Shown: in pieces, positions 1 through 11,388 of the stretch
Numbering within the stretch: position 1 is the stretch's first letter
Layout: every line of letters starts with the position of its first letter
NCBI GenBank assembly: GCA_013416795.1
Contig: RQSC01000022.1
Span: 50,802 to 104,601 of the forward strand
From: Prasinococcaceae sp. CCMP 1430
Lineage: Eukaryota > Plantae > Prasinodermophyta
Length of the DNA stretch: 53,800 nt
Reading direction: 5' to 3'
Notes under the pieces: generated by a model
Told to the model about the DNA's origin: nothing
The model's input: the letters and a program-made list of their open reading frames with translations, nothing else
Database searches by the model: none
Program-made: the position numbers and the translations under genes

Positions 1-50
1 CCAGCGCGCGCCCTCGCCGCAGCCGCTGCAGTACGCGCTCCCGCCCCTCG

Positions 51-470
51 CAGAGGTTAAGGTACAGTGCGGTACAACACCATCAAATGGCATTGCACAC
101 ACCCGAGATTTTTTAAACCTGTTTAGGGTCATTTCAATTGTAGGGTTTATATGTTTCGGTTCGATGTTTGTGTTTGGGGGGCCATCACAGAGGTTTGGGT
201 ACAGTACGATACAACACCATCAAATGGCATTGCACACACCCGAGGTTTTTCGGACATGTTTACGGTGAGCTAACATGGACTTAGGGTTTAAGGTCGTCGG
301 TGCGATGTCTGGGAGGCCTTCGCAGAGGTTAGGGTACACGTCCGAGTTTTGTCAGGCGCATTTTAGGTTTCTTACTTCATAGGGTTTAGTACTGAGACAA
401 ACGCGCTTAAACGTCGGGAGTTAGGGGTTTAGGTTTGGGTTTTAGGGTGTGAAAATATAGGGTTTGAGTG
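51..470. repeat. Degenerate ~136-bp tandem repeat (2 full + 1 partial copy) with interspersed telomere-like TTAGGGTT motifs
   Basis: The unit CAGAGGTT..GGTACAGT..G.TACAACACCATCAAATGGCATTGCACACACCCGAG starts at 51 and 188, with a partial copy at 323. TAGGGT-like motifs occur at ~122, 140, 281, 329, 380 and 421-465. Confidence 0.85.
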
Positions 471-842
471 CGTGTCGTGCGCGGGGCCTCGTGGCTCCCC
501 TCCGCCGCCGGGCGGCCACAGGCGCTGCAGGCGGCGCTGCTTGTAGTCGGACTCGCGCCCGCGCGCGCGGCCGCTCGCAGCTTCCACACCGCGGTCGGAG
601 CCCGCGCTCGCAGCCACACGTCGCGCGAGAGCCCTGCGTCGCGGCGCGCCTCCTCCCACGGCGCGCTGTCCGTCAGATCGGTCGCCAGTGCGCGCACATC
701 CGCGACGCGCGCCACGCGGCGGTAGGCATGCGCCCGACTGCCACATGGCCCTCCGCCGTGGAGCGCCTGCCATGTACGCAATCGACATATTTACACACGG
801 AGCATCGCACGGCATGGGACCGAGGTCGCCTCGCGGGCGCGC

Positions 843-3809
843 TCAGATGTCGCTCAGGTGCCCCCCCCGAGCGGCCTTTCTCAGCAAGTCCATGTTCTTG
901 CCGAGGTTCGGCTTGTAGCCGCCGCCGCTGCCGCCCTTCTTCTTGGCCTTCGCCTGCGCCTGCCCCGGCTGCTTGCCCGGCCCGGGGCGCCGTTGCCGCT
1001 GCTGCTTGGGCTTGGCCGATCCAAAGGTCTCGAGGAGCTTGGCCTCCCCATCCGCCTCGCCGTCGCCCCTCGTCGGGGGCTGCGCCTGCTCGCGCTCCGT
1101 GCGCGCGCGCGCCGCTTTGGCCGCCTGCACCTGCGCCTGCGCACCTGCCGGCGTGCTTGGCTTGGCGGAGCCGAAGTCCTCGGCGCGGCCCGCCCTCTTG
1201 AGCAAGTCCAAGTTCAGGTTTGGCGCCTTGTACCCCCCGCCGCCGCCGCCGCCTTTCTTTTTCGTCTTCTTCTTCTTCTTCGGCGCGGCCTCGCCTCCCG
1301 GTGGTCCGGCGAGCTGCGCGTCCGGGTTAACGTCGCCGCTCCCGTCGCTCCCATCGACGTCGGCAGCGTCCGCCTGCGCCGCCTGCTGCGCTTGCGGCTG
1401 CGCGCGCGACTTCGCGCGCTGCCGCTGCCGCGGTTTCGTGGATCCGAACGCGTCGAGCAGCGCGGAGTACTCATCGCGCTCGCGCTCCTCGACGACGTCC
1501 TCGCCCGCTGCCGCGGCTGCAGCCGCCTGCTGCCGCTTGAAGCGACGCATGCGCAGCTCGCTCAGGTTGAGGTCCTCTGCCATCCGCTTCTCGCGCTGCT
1601 GGGCCATCAGCTTGCCCACGATGCCCTCCTGAGGCGCGGCGCTCTCCGGGTCGAGCTGCGACCGCGCGGCCTTAATCTTTTGCTTGAGCTTCCGCTGCTT
1701 GGCCTTGGACAGGCCCTCCAGCGCGCTCTCATCGCCGGCCGCGACGGCCTCCGACCTTCGGACCTCCGCCATCGTCTTCAGCTTGATGCGAGCCTTCAGC
1801 GCCGCCGCTTCGAGCTCCTTGCGTCCTGCGCGCCAGTGCACCGCCTCCGACGCCAGCTTGGCGTCGCGGGCGGCACCCGCACGCGCGCGCGCCGCGGCGG
1901 CCGCGTCGCTGCAGGACTGCACGCGCCGCTGGGCGGCGTGCACGCGCGCACGCTCGGTCTCCATCTGCTCGACCAACGTGTCCGCGCGCGCGCGCGCCGC
2001 CCCGACGAGCGCCTCCGCATCCTCGATGGCGCCTGGATCCACGCCGATGCGCCGCGCGACCGCGAGGCCACGGCTGCGACCAGGCACCCCCCACAGCACG
2101 CGGTACGTCGGACGCTCGCCCGCCTCATCCCACTCCATGCTGGCGTTCTCCGCCACCGTCTCGCCGAGGTCGTACTTGAGCGCCGTGAGTTCGCCGTGGT
2201 GCGTGGTCGCCACGCACATGCCGTATCCGCCCGCGAGCCGCCCGGCGAGCCCGCGCAGCAGCGCCGCACCCAGCGCGGCGCCCTCCAGCGGGTCGGTGCC
2301 CGCGCCCACCTCGTCGAGCAACACCAGCGCGGGCGGCGCATCCGCCGCCGCGCGCATCGCCGCAGCGGTGCGCGTCACCCGCGCCGTGAACGTCGACAGG
2401 CTCTCGGCGATGCTCTGCGAATCGCCCACGTCTGCGAGCACGCACGCGAAGAAGGGCACCCGCGGGCCGGCGTACTCGGCGCCGAAGACCCCCATCCCCG
2501 TGCCCGGCGGGAACATGCCCGCGCGGGCCATGACCGCACAGAGGCCCAGCGTCTTGAGCGCCGCCGTCTTGCCGCCGGCGTTGGGCCCTGTGATGGTGAC
2601 CACGCAGACGCCGCTCTCGACCTTGAGGTCGAGCGGCACGGGCTCCTCGAGCGCTTCGAGCAGCGCCTGCGCGTCGGCGCTCGCGCGCGAGCGCTCGGCG
2701 GCCCTCCGCGCGGCGGTGTACGCCTCCTGCAGCAGCGGATGGACCACGTGGCGCACGTCGAGCGCCAACGCGGGGCCGTCGGCGCCGTCGGCGTCGCCGT
2801 CGGCCCCTGCGTCGGCCGGCGCCAGCAGGTCCACCAGCGTGGGCCGCATCGCGCCGCTCGCCGAGGCGTACGAGGCCTTGGCGCAGATGACGTCGAGGGA
2901 CGCGATGAGGTCCAGGCAGCGGCGCAGGTCGCCTCGCCAGGGCTGCACGAACGTGCGCGCTAGCTCGTCGCGCGCGCGGCGCGCGGCCGCCTCGGCGGCC
3001 GCGTGCGCGTCCGCGAGCTTGGCGTTGACGCCCGCCGCGGCGCGGGGCTCGAGCGTGACGTATCGCCCGTCCACGCCGATGACCAGGGTGGTCTTCTCGA
3101 TGTCGGCGGTGACCGCGTCCGTGGGCAGGCGCAGCGCGAGTCGCCCGCCCCCGCCGGGCGCCTCGACGATCTCGCCCAGGCCCGGCGCGACCGCGCCGAG
3201 CAGCGAGCGCAGCTTCTGCGCGTGCTTGCGCTCCCGCGCGCGCGCGGAGCGCAGCTCATCGCTCGCGCTGTCCTTGAGCGCGCGCGCGTCCATGTCGAGC
3301 TTGGGCAGGAGGCCCTTGCGGCACTCGGTCGGCACCTCCACCGAGTCGACCAGCGCGTCGAGCGCGCACAGCACGCCGCGCGAGCCGTCCTGCGGCCCCG
3401 CCGCGAGCACCGCCCGCTGCAGGCGCTCCGCGGCGTCGACGAGCTCCACGATCGCGCAGAACTCGTCGTCGCCCAGCGCGCTCGACGCCGCGAGCTCGAG
3501 CGCGCGCGCGGCGGCGGGCGTGTCGACTCCGCCAAAGTCGAGCCGCACGCCGTGCTGGTCGACGAGCGCCTGCGCCGCCTCGGTGCGGCTGAGGAGCGCG
3601 CGTGCCCGCGGGCGCCGCGCGCGCCGCCATCGCCGCGGGAGACGCGGCGGACCCCCTCCGGGAGGAGCGCCTCTCCAACCCGCCACACGCACACGCACAC
3701 ACACACACACACCACCCCCCCACGGGTGCGCCGGCGCCGCTGCTGCGCGCGCGCGCGGTGTGGCGCACTCTGGGGCCGCCGGCGGCGCGAGGTCAAACCG
3801 AAACCTCAT
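843..3809 (-). CDS. mutS2: MutS2-family ATPase (probably plastid type); 5' end uncertain or damaged; no Smr domain seen
   Basis: Motifs: Walker A ITGPNAGGKT, DVGDSQSIAESLSTF, Walker B LVLLDEVGAGTDPLEGAALG, ATTHH, ENASMEWD, TYRVLWGVPGRSRGLAVARR. TGTAA on the minus strand at 795-791. Confidence 0.9.
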   Translation of the reverse strand: MRFRFDLAPPAAPECATPRARAAAAPAHPWGGGVCVCVRVRVAGWRGAPPGGGPPRLPRRWRRARRPRARALLSRTEAAQALVDQHGVRLDFGGVDTPAAARALELAASSALGDDEFCAIVELVDAAERLQRAVLAAGPQDGSRGVLCALDALVDSVEVPTECRKGLLPKLDMDARALKDSASDELRSARARERKHAQKLRSLLGAVAPGLGEIVEAPGGGGRLALRLPTDAVTADIEKTTLVIGVDGRYVTLEPRAAAGVNAKLADAHAAAEAAARRARDELARTFVQPWRGDLRRCLDLIASLDVICAKASYASASGAMRPTLVDLLAPADAGADGDADGADGPALALDVRHVVHPLLQEAYTAARRAAERSRASADAQALLEALEEPVPLDLKVESGVCVVTITGPNAGGKTAALKTLGLCAVMARAGMFPPGTGMGVFGAEYAGPRVPFFACVLADVGDSQSIAESLSTFTARVTRTAAAMRAAADAPPALVLLDEVGAGTDPLEGAALGAALLRGLAGRLAGGYGMCVATTHHGELTALKYDLGETVAENASMEWDEAGERPTYRVLWGVPGRSRGLAVARRIGVDPGAIEDAEALVGAARARADTLVEQMETERARVHAAQRRVQSCSDAAAAARARAGAARDAKLASEAVHWRAGRKELEAAALKARIKLKTMAEVRRSEAVAAGDESALEGLSKAKQRKLKQKIKAARSQLDPESAAPQEGIVGKLMAQQREKRMAEDLNLSELRMRRFKRQQAAAAAAAGEDVVEERERDEYSALLDAFGSTKPRQRQRAKSRAQPQAQQAAQADAADVDGSDGSGDVNPDAQLAGPPGGEAAPKKKKKTKKKGGGGGGGYKAPNLNLDLLKRAGRAEDFGSAKPSTPAGAQAQVQAAKAARARTEREQAQPPTRGDGEADGEAKLLETFGSAKPKQQRQRRPGPGKQPGQAQAKAKKKGGSGGGYKPNLGKNMDLLRKAARGGHLSDI

Positions 3810-4069
3810 CCGGATTTTCTGTAGGGTTTATTCCAGTCGCAAAATCGGGCGGGATGCGTCGTACCCGAGGTTGGGAGCACAAGATGTGGACGCCGTTTGG
3901 CAAAGACAAGGCCCCGAAAGGGGCCGCGTAACGGTCCTCATGGCAGCATACAACCCACACTCCGCCGAACAGGAGCCCAAGTCGCGCGGTCGGTCTTGTG
4001 TGCAGCGACCGCTTGGTTGACAGCCTTAGCATAAGGCAGTCAGCCCAGGACTCATAGTTTGCATGAAAG

Positions 4070-4640
4070 GGACGATTCTACCCCAACCTAAGGAAAGGGT
4101 TGCGGGTTTTCCTGCACATGGACGATTTCCTGTTGCTGGTCGACTTTGTCGGCGAGGGCAGGACGGCCAAGCTCTTCGTAGAGATGGTGCTCGCCATGTT
4201 AGGACTCCGGAGACACGCCACCAAAGGGTGGTGGGACAATTCGCCACTCCGACGTATGCGAAGTTTGCGGGCTGCCCCTGGGCCGGGCACCGCGCCGGCC
4301 AGACGTCCCTAGGCGCACATGGTGCCCCTCAACGCGGAGTTAGGCGCCATGCACATGCCCGCATCGCGAGGGCGGAGGCGGTGTGGCGCACGCTCCGCGT
4401 CAGCATCGCCACGGAGGCGCGCACCAAGCACCGTCATCTACGAAATCTCGCGCGGGCACGACCACCTTGCGCACGCCTACAACCAGCTGCAACTGCTTCA
4501 CTATGTACGCCGTTTGGTACGGTCCGCGCTGTTCAGAGGACGACGACAATCCCTTCATGCGGGCGGGGCTCGCATGGTGTTTCAGGCACTCTGCACAATC
4601 ACGCGCGAGGCCCAACTTGCCGCCATGGCTGGGTACGAGA
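4070..4640 (+). mobile_element. Degenerate DIRS-like retrotransposon reverse-transcriptase relic
   Basis: The frame of 4100 reads LRKGLRVFLHMDDFLLL...LGLRRHATKGWWD, i.e. a YxDD-type motif mutated to HMDD followed by the DIRS-like LG.....KG.W thumb motif. A frameshifted continuation reads VPLNAELGAMHMPASR and RRQSLHAGGARMVFQAL. GC is lower than in the flanks. Confidence 0.65.
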
Positions 4641-4817
4641 ACACACGCCGTTTCGCACCGCGAGGAGCCTTCGCCCCGCCTCAGATGCGCGGCGCGACGC
4701 CTCCATTCCCCGCGAAAACGCGCCCACCAACCCCCCTTCTATTTCACACAAATCCCCCACAAAATAAACCCCACCGCGAAATAGCATTTTTCCCACGCCA
4801 TCCTTTTTTGAACCTTT

Positions 4818-7800
4818 ATGTATTTTTTTTTGTTTTTTTTGGCGCTGTTGGCGATGCGGTGCGGTGCGGCGCCCAGCACCGCCAGCCACAGCGCGCGCGG
4901 CGTTCCCCCCCCGGCGCTGCCGCCGCGGGGCAAACCCGCCCGCCGCACCTCCCCGCCCTCCACGAGGGAGCGCCCCTCTGGGAGGCGCCAACCCCGCGCC
5001 TCGGCCGGCGTGTCGTCGTCGGACTGCCCGCCGGCGGCGTCGGTGACGACCCCCGCGGGCGCGGGCGTGGCGGGCTACCGCGACAGCGCCTTCGGAGGCG
5101 AGGCCGCGCTGCTCTCCTCTCCGCGTGGCGTGGCGCTGCGCCCCGCGGGCGACGTGCTCTACGTCGCAGACGCGGGGAACAATCGCGTGCGCGTCGCCGT
5201 GCTCCCCGCGAACGCCACCGCGGAGGGGATGAGCGCCCCCACCGAGTTGTACGGCCTGGCCGGAAACGGCGCCGCGGGCGCCTCTGACGACGACGACGCG
5301 CTCCAGGCGACCTTCAGCGCGCCCGCAGATGTGGCGGTCATCGCCGCCGGTGACTTGCTCGTCGCCGACACCGGCAACAGCCTCGTTCGCCGGGTCGCCG
5401 TCGCTGCGGGCAGCTCGCCGCCTGCGGCCGCTGGCGTAACCACCTTCGCGGGCCACGGCATCGCGGGCCTGTTTGACAGCCCCGACCCGCTCGCGGCCAT
5501 GTTCAACGCGCCCGAGGGCATCGCGCACGACGCCGCCACCAACGTGACCTACGTGGCGGACACGGGCAACAACGCCGTGCGCGCGATCAGCTGGGACGCC
5601 GCCGCGGGTGCGCGCGGCGCCGCGGGCGCGGTGACGCTGCTGGCCGGGTCCTCCGCGGGCCAAGCGGGCTTCGCAGACAGCATGGGAGGCGACACCGATG
5701 GGTCGGGGGCGCGCTTCGACGCCCCGCGAGGCCTGGCGCTCGGGTTGGAGGGCGCGGTGCTGTACGTGGCAGACACGGGCAACGGCGCCGTGCGCGCGAT
5801 CGACACGGTCACGGGGGTGGTCAGCACGCTGGTGAACCCGCCCGGCTCGTCGCCCGCGGCCGTGAACGGCCTGGTGCAGCACCCCACTGGCGTCGCATTC
5901 GATCCCGCCGTGGGGCTCTACGTCTCCGATCGCATAGGCGATATTGTGGTGCTGGTCGGCACCGACCCCGACGTCGACGAGGACACCGCCGCTGCCGAGG
6001 CCGAGGCGGCGGCCGCCGCGGCCACGCCCGCGGCGGTCACCATGGGCGTGTACGGCGTCCCGCGCCCCGTGGCGGGGGCGCGCGCAGGCGGCGATGGGCT
6101 GCGCGACGGCGTGGGCGACGAGGCGCGCCTGCACCGCCCTGCGGGGCTCGCGGTGGGTGCCGCGGGCACGCCCTTCGCGGGGGTCGTCTTCGTGGCCGAC
6201 GAGCTCGCGCATGCCGTCCGCCGCCTCGACGTGGAGGCGCCTGTGGCGCTCACCGTCAAGGTGACAGGCGTGGGCGACTTCGACAACCACACGGGCGTCG
6301 ATGGCGCCAACACGCGCCCCGGCCGTCACCAGGACCAGTACGAGGCGGGCTACTACGCGATCAACGGCCCCCCGCACAACGAGACCAACCACGTGTACGA
6401 CCACATCACGTACCACGGCGAGGAGCACGAGCTCACGCTGTGCACGTATCCCTCGCAGAGCACCTTCGTGTACTTCCGCGGCCGTGTGGCGGCGACCGTG
6501 ACCGACGAGGCCGGCGGGCATGTGTACCTCGCTTGGGAGGGCGCGAGCGCACAAGACAGCCGCAGCGAGACGCTGCGGCTGCGTGGGTCAGGATGCGCCG
6601 ACGAGGACGCGGCGAACTACAACCCCTACGCCACGTCGCACGTTGCCTCGAAATGCGTGGCAGGGCACAAGGCTACCCTGGTGGTGCGCGCGTCAGGCGC
6701 GACTGGCGGGGCGTACCAGATTGACGGCCCCGCGTTCTTCCACTTCGACGAGCTCGAGGGCCTCGCGGACAGCGCGGACGAGGACGAGGTTCACGAAATC
6801 ACGCTTTCGTACTATCCCGGCGCGAGCTACACGTTCCTGCTGCGCGGCCAGGTGAACGCCAGCCTGCACTCGCCCAGTGGCGCGTGGGGCGAGTACCTCG
6901 GCTGGGCGGGAAACGCCTCCTCGGACCGCGTGCTGCTCTCCTTCCGGCCGCCCGGCCCTGGCTGCACCGACGCCGCAGCGTCCAACTACAACGCCCTCGC
7001 GCTGCACAACGACGGCTCGTGCATCTCCGGTAGCGATGTGGACGTGTCCGTGTCGGCGACGAACGCCTCTCGCGTGGGCTACCGCGCGCAGCATTCGGCC
7101 GAGGACGCCGCGCCACCCGACTGGTTCGCGCGTGGCGCGTTCACGGTGATCCACGCGGGCACGGCGGCGGAGGTCGCGCTGAGCCACCTCTTCGAGGAGG
7201 GCGACGGCCTCAGCGGCGGCGGGGACACGGCGGGCGGCGGTGATGGAGGCGCTCAGGCGCAGGAGGTGACGCGGCGCGTGCGCCTGCCCCCGGGCCGGTA
7301 CGAGTTGACCTTCTTCGGCCAGGTGTCGGGCGAGGCGACCGACGCAGCGAGTGGATCACCGCTGGTGTCGTTCGACGGCGCGCTCGAGCTGACGCTCTAC
7401 GTCGACGAGAACGGCTTCGCGCGCACGCTCGAGGAGGGCGCGGTGCTCTTCCGCGTTGCGGTTGACCCCACCAATCCGGTGCCCGTGACCGACGCGGGCG
7501 GACATGTGGGCCAGGTGGACGTGGACGCAGGAGCGGTGGTGGTTCCTGAAGGTGCCATTGAGGAGGGCGAGGTGGTTGACATCACGCTTGGGGGCATCGA
7601 CGCCGACGGCGCGCACGTTCCTAGCTACGAGACTCTCAAGGCCGAGTTCGGCGGCCGGGAGATGTACCCCATTGGGCAGATCTTCAGGTTCCTGCCACAC
7701 GGCCAGAAGTTCCTGAAGCCGGTGACCATCCAGGTCCCGTTCGATGTGCGGAGCGGACTGGCGGGGGCGTGCGGCACCGCGGCGGGCGTGCCGTGCGAGC

Positions 7801-10800
7801 ACGCGCTCACTTTCGTGCGTGCGTCGGACGAGGCTGCCGACAACTGGCGCGTGATGGCAGGGGGGTCGTTCAAGGACGGCGTGGGGACGCTCGACGTTGA
7901 CACGTTTTCCCTCGTGGCCATCGTGCTGCGCGCGCGCGTGGACGCGCTCGTGCCCACGCACGGCGGCTCGGCCACCGGCGGCGCGATGATCACCGTGGTG
8001 GGCTCGCAGTTCCACGAGAGCTCGTTCACCTTTTGTCGCTTCTCTGGGGGTGCGCTGCCGACGCGCGGCGTCCACACCAAGGCCGAGGTCATCTCCGAGC
8101 GCCGCATGGCGTGTGCGGTGCCGCGTGGCGCCGCGGGGTTCGTCACGGTCGAGTACATGCAAGCCCGCACGCTGATGGTGTCCAACACCTCCACGCAGGT
8201 GCTCGTTCACTCGCCGCCAAGGTTGGCGGCAGTCACTCCGCGCGGCGGCGGGCGCGACGGCGGCACGCTCGCGACCCTGCGCGGCGCTGACCTTCACGCC
8301 TACGCCGCGGGGTCCTCGCACGGCGGGCACATGCGCGCGGCGTGTGAGGTCGGGCCCGCGCGCGGCGGTGGCGGCTCGCGCGGGGGTGGCGTGCGCACGT
8401 CTGTGGCGCGCATGCTGTCGTCGGTGCTCGCCGTGTGTGAGATACCCGACGCGCGCTCCGCGGGCGTCGAGATCGACGTGGGTGGCAGCGCCGTCGACGC
8501 GGAGCACGGCCTCGCGGCGGCGCGCGTGGCGCTCGTGCGCGGTGAATCGCGCGTCGCGCGCGAGCGCACGTTCGGCTTTGCGCAGCCAGGTCTCGAGACC
8601 GCCGAGATGCAGGGCAACTCGTTTGTGCACTCCCCCGCGCACGACGAGGCGGCGACCATCGTCCAGGCCAGCGCTGCGGGGGCCGGTCCGGGCGCGCTGC
8701 TCGCCATGCGCGACTACTGCTTCGCGGGCATCGGCGGCTTCGCCGCGAAAGACGCGTCGGCCGGGTCTGTGGGCGGCGGCTCGAGCGTGCTTGTGTCGGG
8801 GGAGAGCACGTGCTCGCCCATGTCTGCGTCGTGCCGCTGCACCTTCGGGACGGTGTCCGTCGGTGCGCTGCCGTCGATTCCGCACGGTGCGAATGGCATA
8901 TACGGCGACGGTGGCGCTTGGCAACACGTCCAGTGCGTGTCGCCGTCGGGGGCTGCGGGGTCGCAGGTGCCCGTGACTGTAGGTGCATCTGCCTCCGCAG
9001 AGGCGTCGACGCCGCTCGGCACGTTCGCGTATGACCCCCCGCAGACAACCGCCGGCCGCGCGCAGTCGAGCAGCGACGACTCAATTATTGGCACGAGCGC
9101 CCTCGCCGCCGACGCGAGGGGTGGCGAGGCCGTCACTGTGTACGGAGGGGCGCTGAGCACCGCGGGGAGTGCTCTCTCGCTGGGGTGTGCATTCGGCATT
9201 GCCGCAGTGTCTGCCGCCGCCCGAGCGACGAGCGGCGCGGTGTGCCTCATCCCCGCACATCCGGCAGGCTTCGTCCCGCTTCGCGTGGTCTCGTTGTCGT
9301 CGGGCACGCACTCACGCGGGAGCGCGCACGCGCAAAAGCTCGCCGCGGCGCAGCTTTCCGTCGTAGAGACGCCCTGGGTGCGTGACTTCGATCGCGCGGT
9401 GCGCCTTGCGGGCGGTGGCGGCGTGCTTGCAATCCATGGTGCGCATCTCCAGTCGCCAGCGCGCCCGCTCGCGTGCGAGTGGGAAAGCGGCGGCGGCGGC
9501 CGCGCCGTCGGGAAGAGCGCACTCGGGACTGCGCTCGGCGTCGCCAGCGCCAGCGCCGGCGGCGCAGCAGGTATGGGGCACCTGCGCGCGGTGTCGAGCG
9601 TGCTGGCCGCGTGTGTCATTCCTGAGGCAGAAGAGTCCGTACTAGGATCGGATCCCTCGGATTGGGGCGCCGCTGGGGAGGCGCAGGTGCCTCAGGAGCT
9701 CTCTCTCGCAGCGATGCTCGTACCTGCCGCGGGCGGCGGCGCTGGCGTGGCGGAGGGGCCTTCGGCGGGAGCGACGGGCTCTGGTCCGTCCGTGCGTGTG
9801 TCCTTTGTTGCAGGTGCCGACGCGGAGGCGATCGTGGTCGAGGCCGGCCCAGAGGACGGCGCCGGTGAAGGTCTCCCTGCGGACGGGGGCGCGGTCGTGT
9901 CGGTGGTCATGCCATCCGCGGCGCGGGGATCCGCGCGTGCGCCTTCGCTGGTGGCTGAGGCGACGTCGGGAGGTCGCGGCGTGCAGGGAGCGCTCGACAC
10001 CGCGCGCCACGCGTCGATCGTGTGCGACTTTGGCACCGTGGTCGGGGTGCACGCGGCGCCCATGTCTGCTGCACCTGCCTCGCTCGGGCGTGGCGTCGGA
10101 ACGGTGGCATGCGTCGCACCAGCGCGGGCTGCCGGCGTGGCGCAGCTGAGCCTGCGAGCAGCCACGGCGTCCCTCGCCGCCGGCTCGCGTCAGCTGCGAG
10201 CGCCAAACGTTGGATACGACTCGCGGATCGGCGGCGCGAGCGTCGGCCCCGCGCCGGGCGCTGTCGCGATGCCCGAGTCAATGCCGAGCGGCGGCAGCGG
10301 TGTGCTCATTGTTTCCCTCGAGGGCGTCCCGCCGCAGAGGCAATGGCGCCCACCAGCGCAACTGCTCTGCAGTTTCGCCGGCAGGCGCGGCGACGCGAGC
10401 GCGACGGCGCAGCTGGTGCGTGCCGCTGCGACAGGAGTCGGTGGAGGGAGTGCCGCGTGCCTGGCGCCGCCGCTGCAGGCCGGCTTCGCCGTGGTGACGG
10501 TGACGACCGCCCCGGGCGCGAGCGTTCGCGCCGGCTCGGACGCCTTCGTGGTCGCGGCGGTGCACGTGCGCGAGCCCGAAGTCGTGCGCGCCCTGCTTCC
10601 TGCGATCGGTCCCGCGCGCGGGGGCGTGGTGGTGCACGCCGTCGGTGCCAACATGCACGAGGGCGCCCGAGCTCGGTGCGCCTTTGGTGCGCATGCGCCA
10701 TCGTCCGACGGAGGGGGTGGCTCGAGCGCCTACGCATTCAGCAGCGCCCTGCTCGCGTGCGAGGTCCCGCCGGCGTCGGCGGCCGGCGCCCGCATCGCGG

Positions 10801-11388
10801 CTGGTGCGCAGCAGCAGCTGGCGGCGGTGGCCACCGTGCCCATGTCGGTGATCTCGGACCACTCCCGCGTCCCCGCGGGTGCGCACGCTTTGCCGCATGC
10901 ACACGCGTCGGCCGCTGCCGGGCCACAGTTCGCGTACGCGCTGCAGCCCGTCCGCGACGTGCAGGTGCATTCCTCGCACCGCCGCGGCGGGCAGACCTCG
11001 GGCGCCATCGGAAGCGCGCGTGGCGGCACGAGCGTGGTCCTCGCGGGCGAGGGTGCGTGCCGCCGCCTCGTCGCGCGCCGTCTTTGGGCGATGCAGGCGC
11101 GGCATACGGCTCGGCGCGCGTCGCGTGTGCTGACCCACAGTCTTTGCTCTCCCTCGCGCGCGCTCTGCAGGCTTCAGCGCGTACGTGGTCTCGGATCACT
11201 TCGGCGGCGAGTTCACGCCGGGCTGCGCGTTCGGCACGGTGTACGTGGCCGCGCGCGCCGCCAACGCGAGCGCGCTCGAGTGCGTCAGCCCGGCGCGCGC
11301 CGCGGGCGCCGCGTCGCTCGCCGTGGTCGCGCACGCGGCCGCGCACTCGCTCTCCGAGGGCCTCGCCGACACCTTCGTGTACACGTGA
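4818..11388 (+). CDS. Giant secreted/surface protein: NHL beta-propeller + 2 GCxDxxAxNYN repeats + ZU5-like domain + 9 IPT/TIG-like repeats; join(4818..11052,11171..11388), alternative ATG at 4854
   Basis: Repeated LYVADTGN..VR / F.AP.G.A NHL motifs; GCADEDAANYN and GCTDAAASNYN; PIGQIFRFLPHGQKFLKPVTIQVP (ZU5-like); G...GG..V.V.G..CxF...C..P repeats. A GT-AG intron at 11053-11170 (branch GCTGAC ~11129) restores the last repeat. TGTAA at 11460. Confidence 0.85.

Noticed and set aside
51-350. Repeat-spacer-like pattern suggesting CRISPR
   Set aside because: Only two full copies, the 'spacers' are themselves similar, the context is eukaryotic, and there are no cas genes.
858-4020. Long antisense or alternate-frame ORFs over MutS2 (and likewise over the GT77, iota-CA and fusion genes)
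   Set aside because: These are shadow ORFs expected from extreme GC3 bias and carry no motifs.
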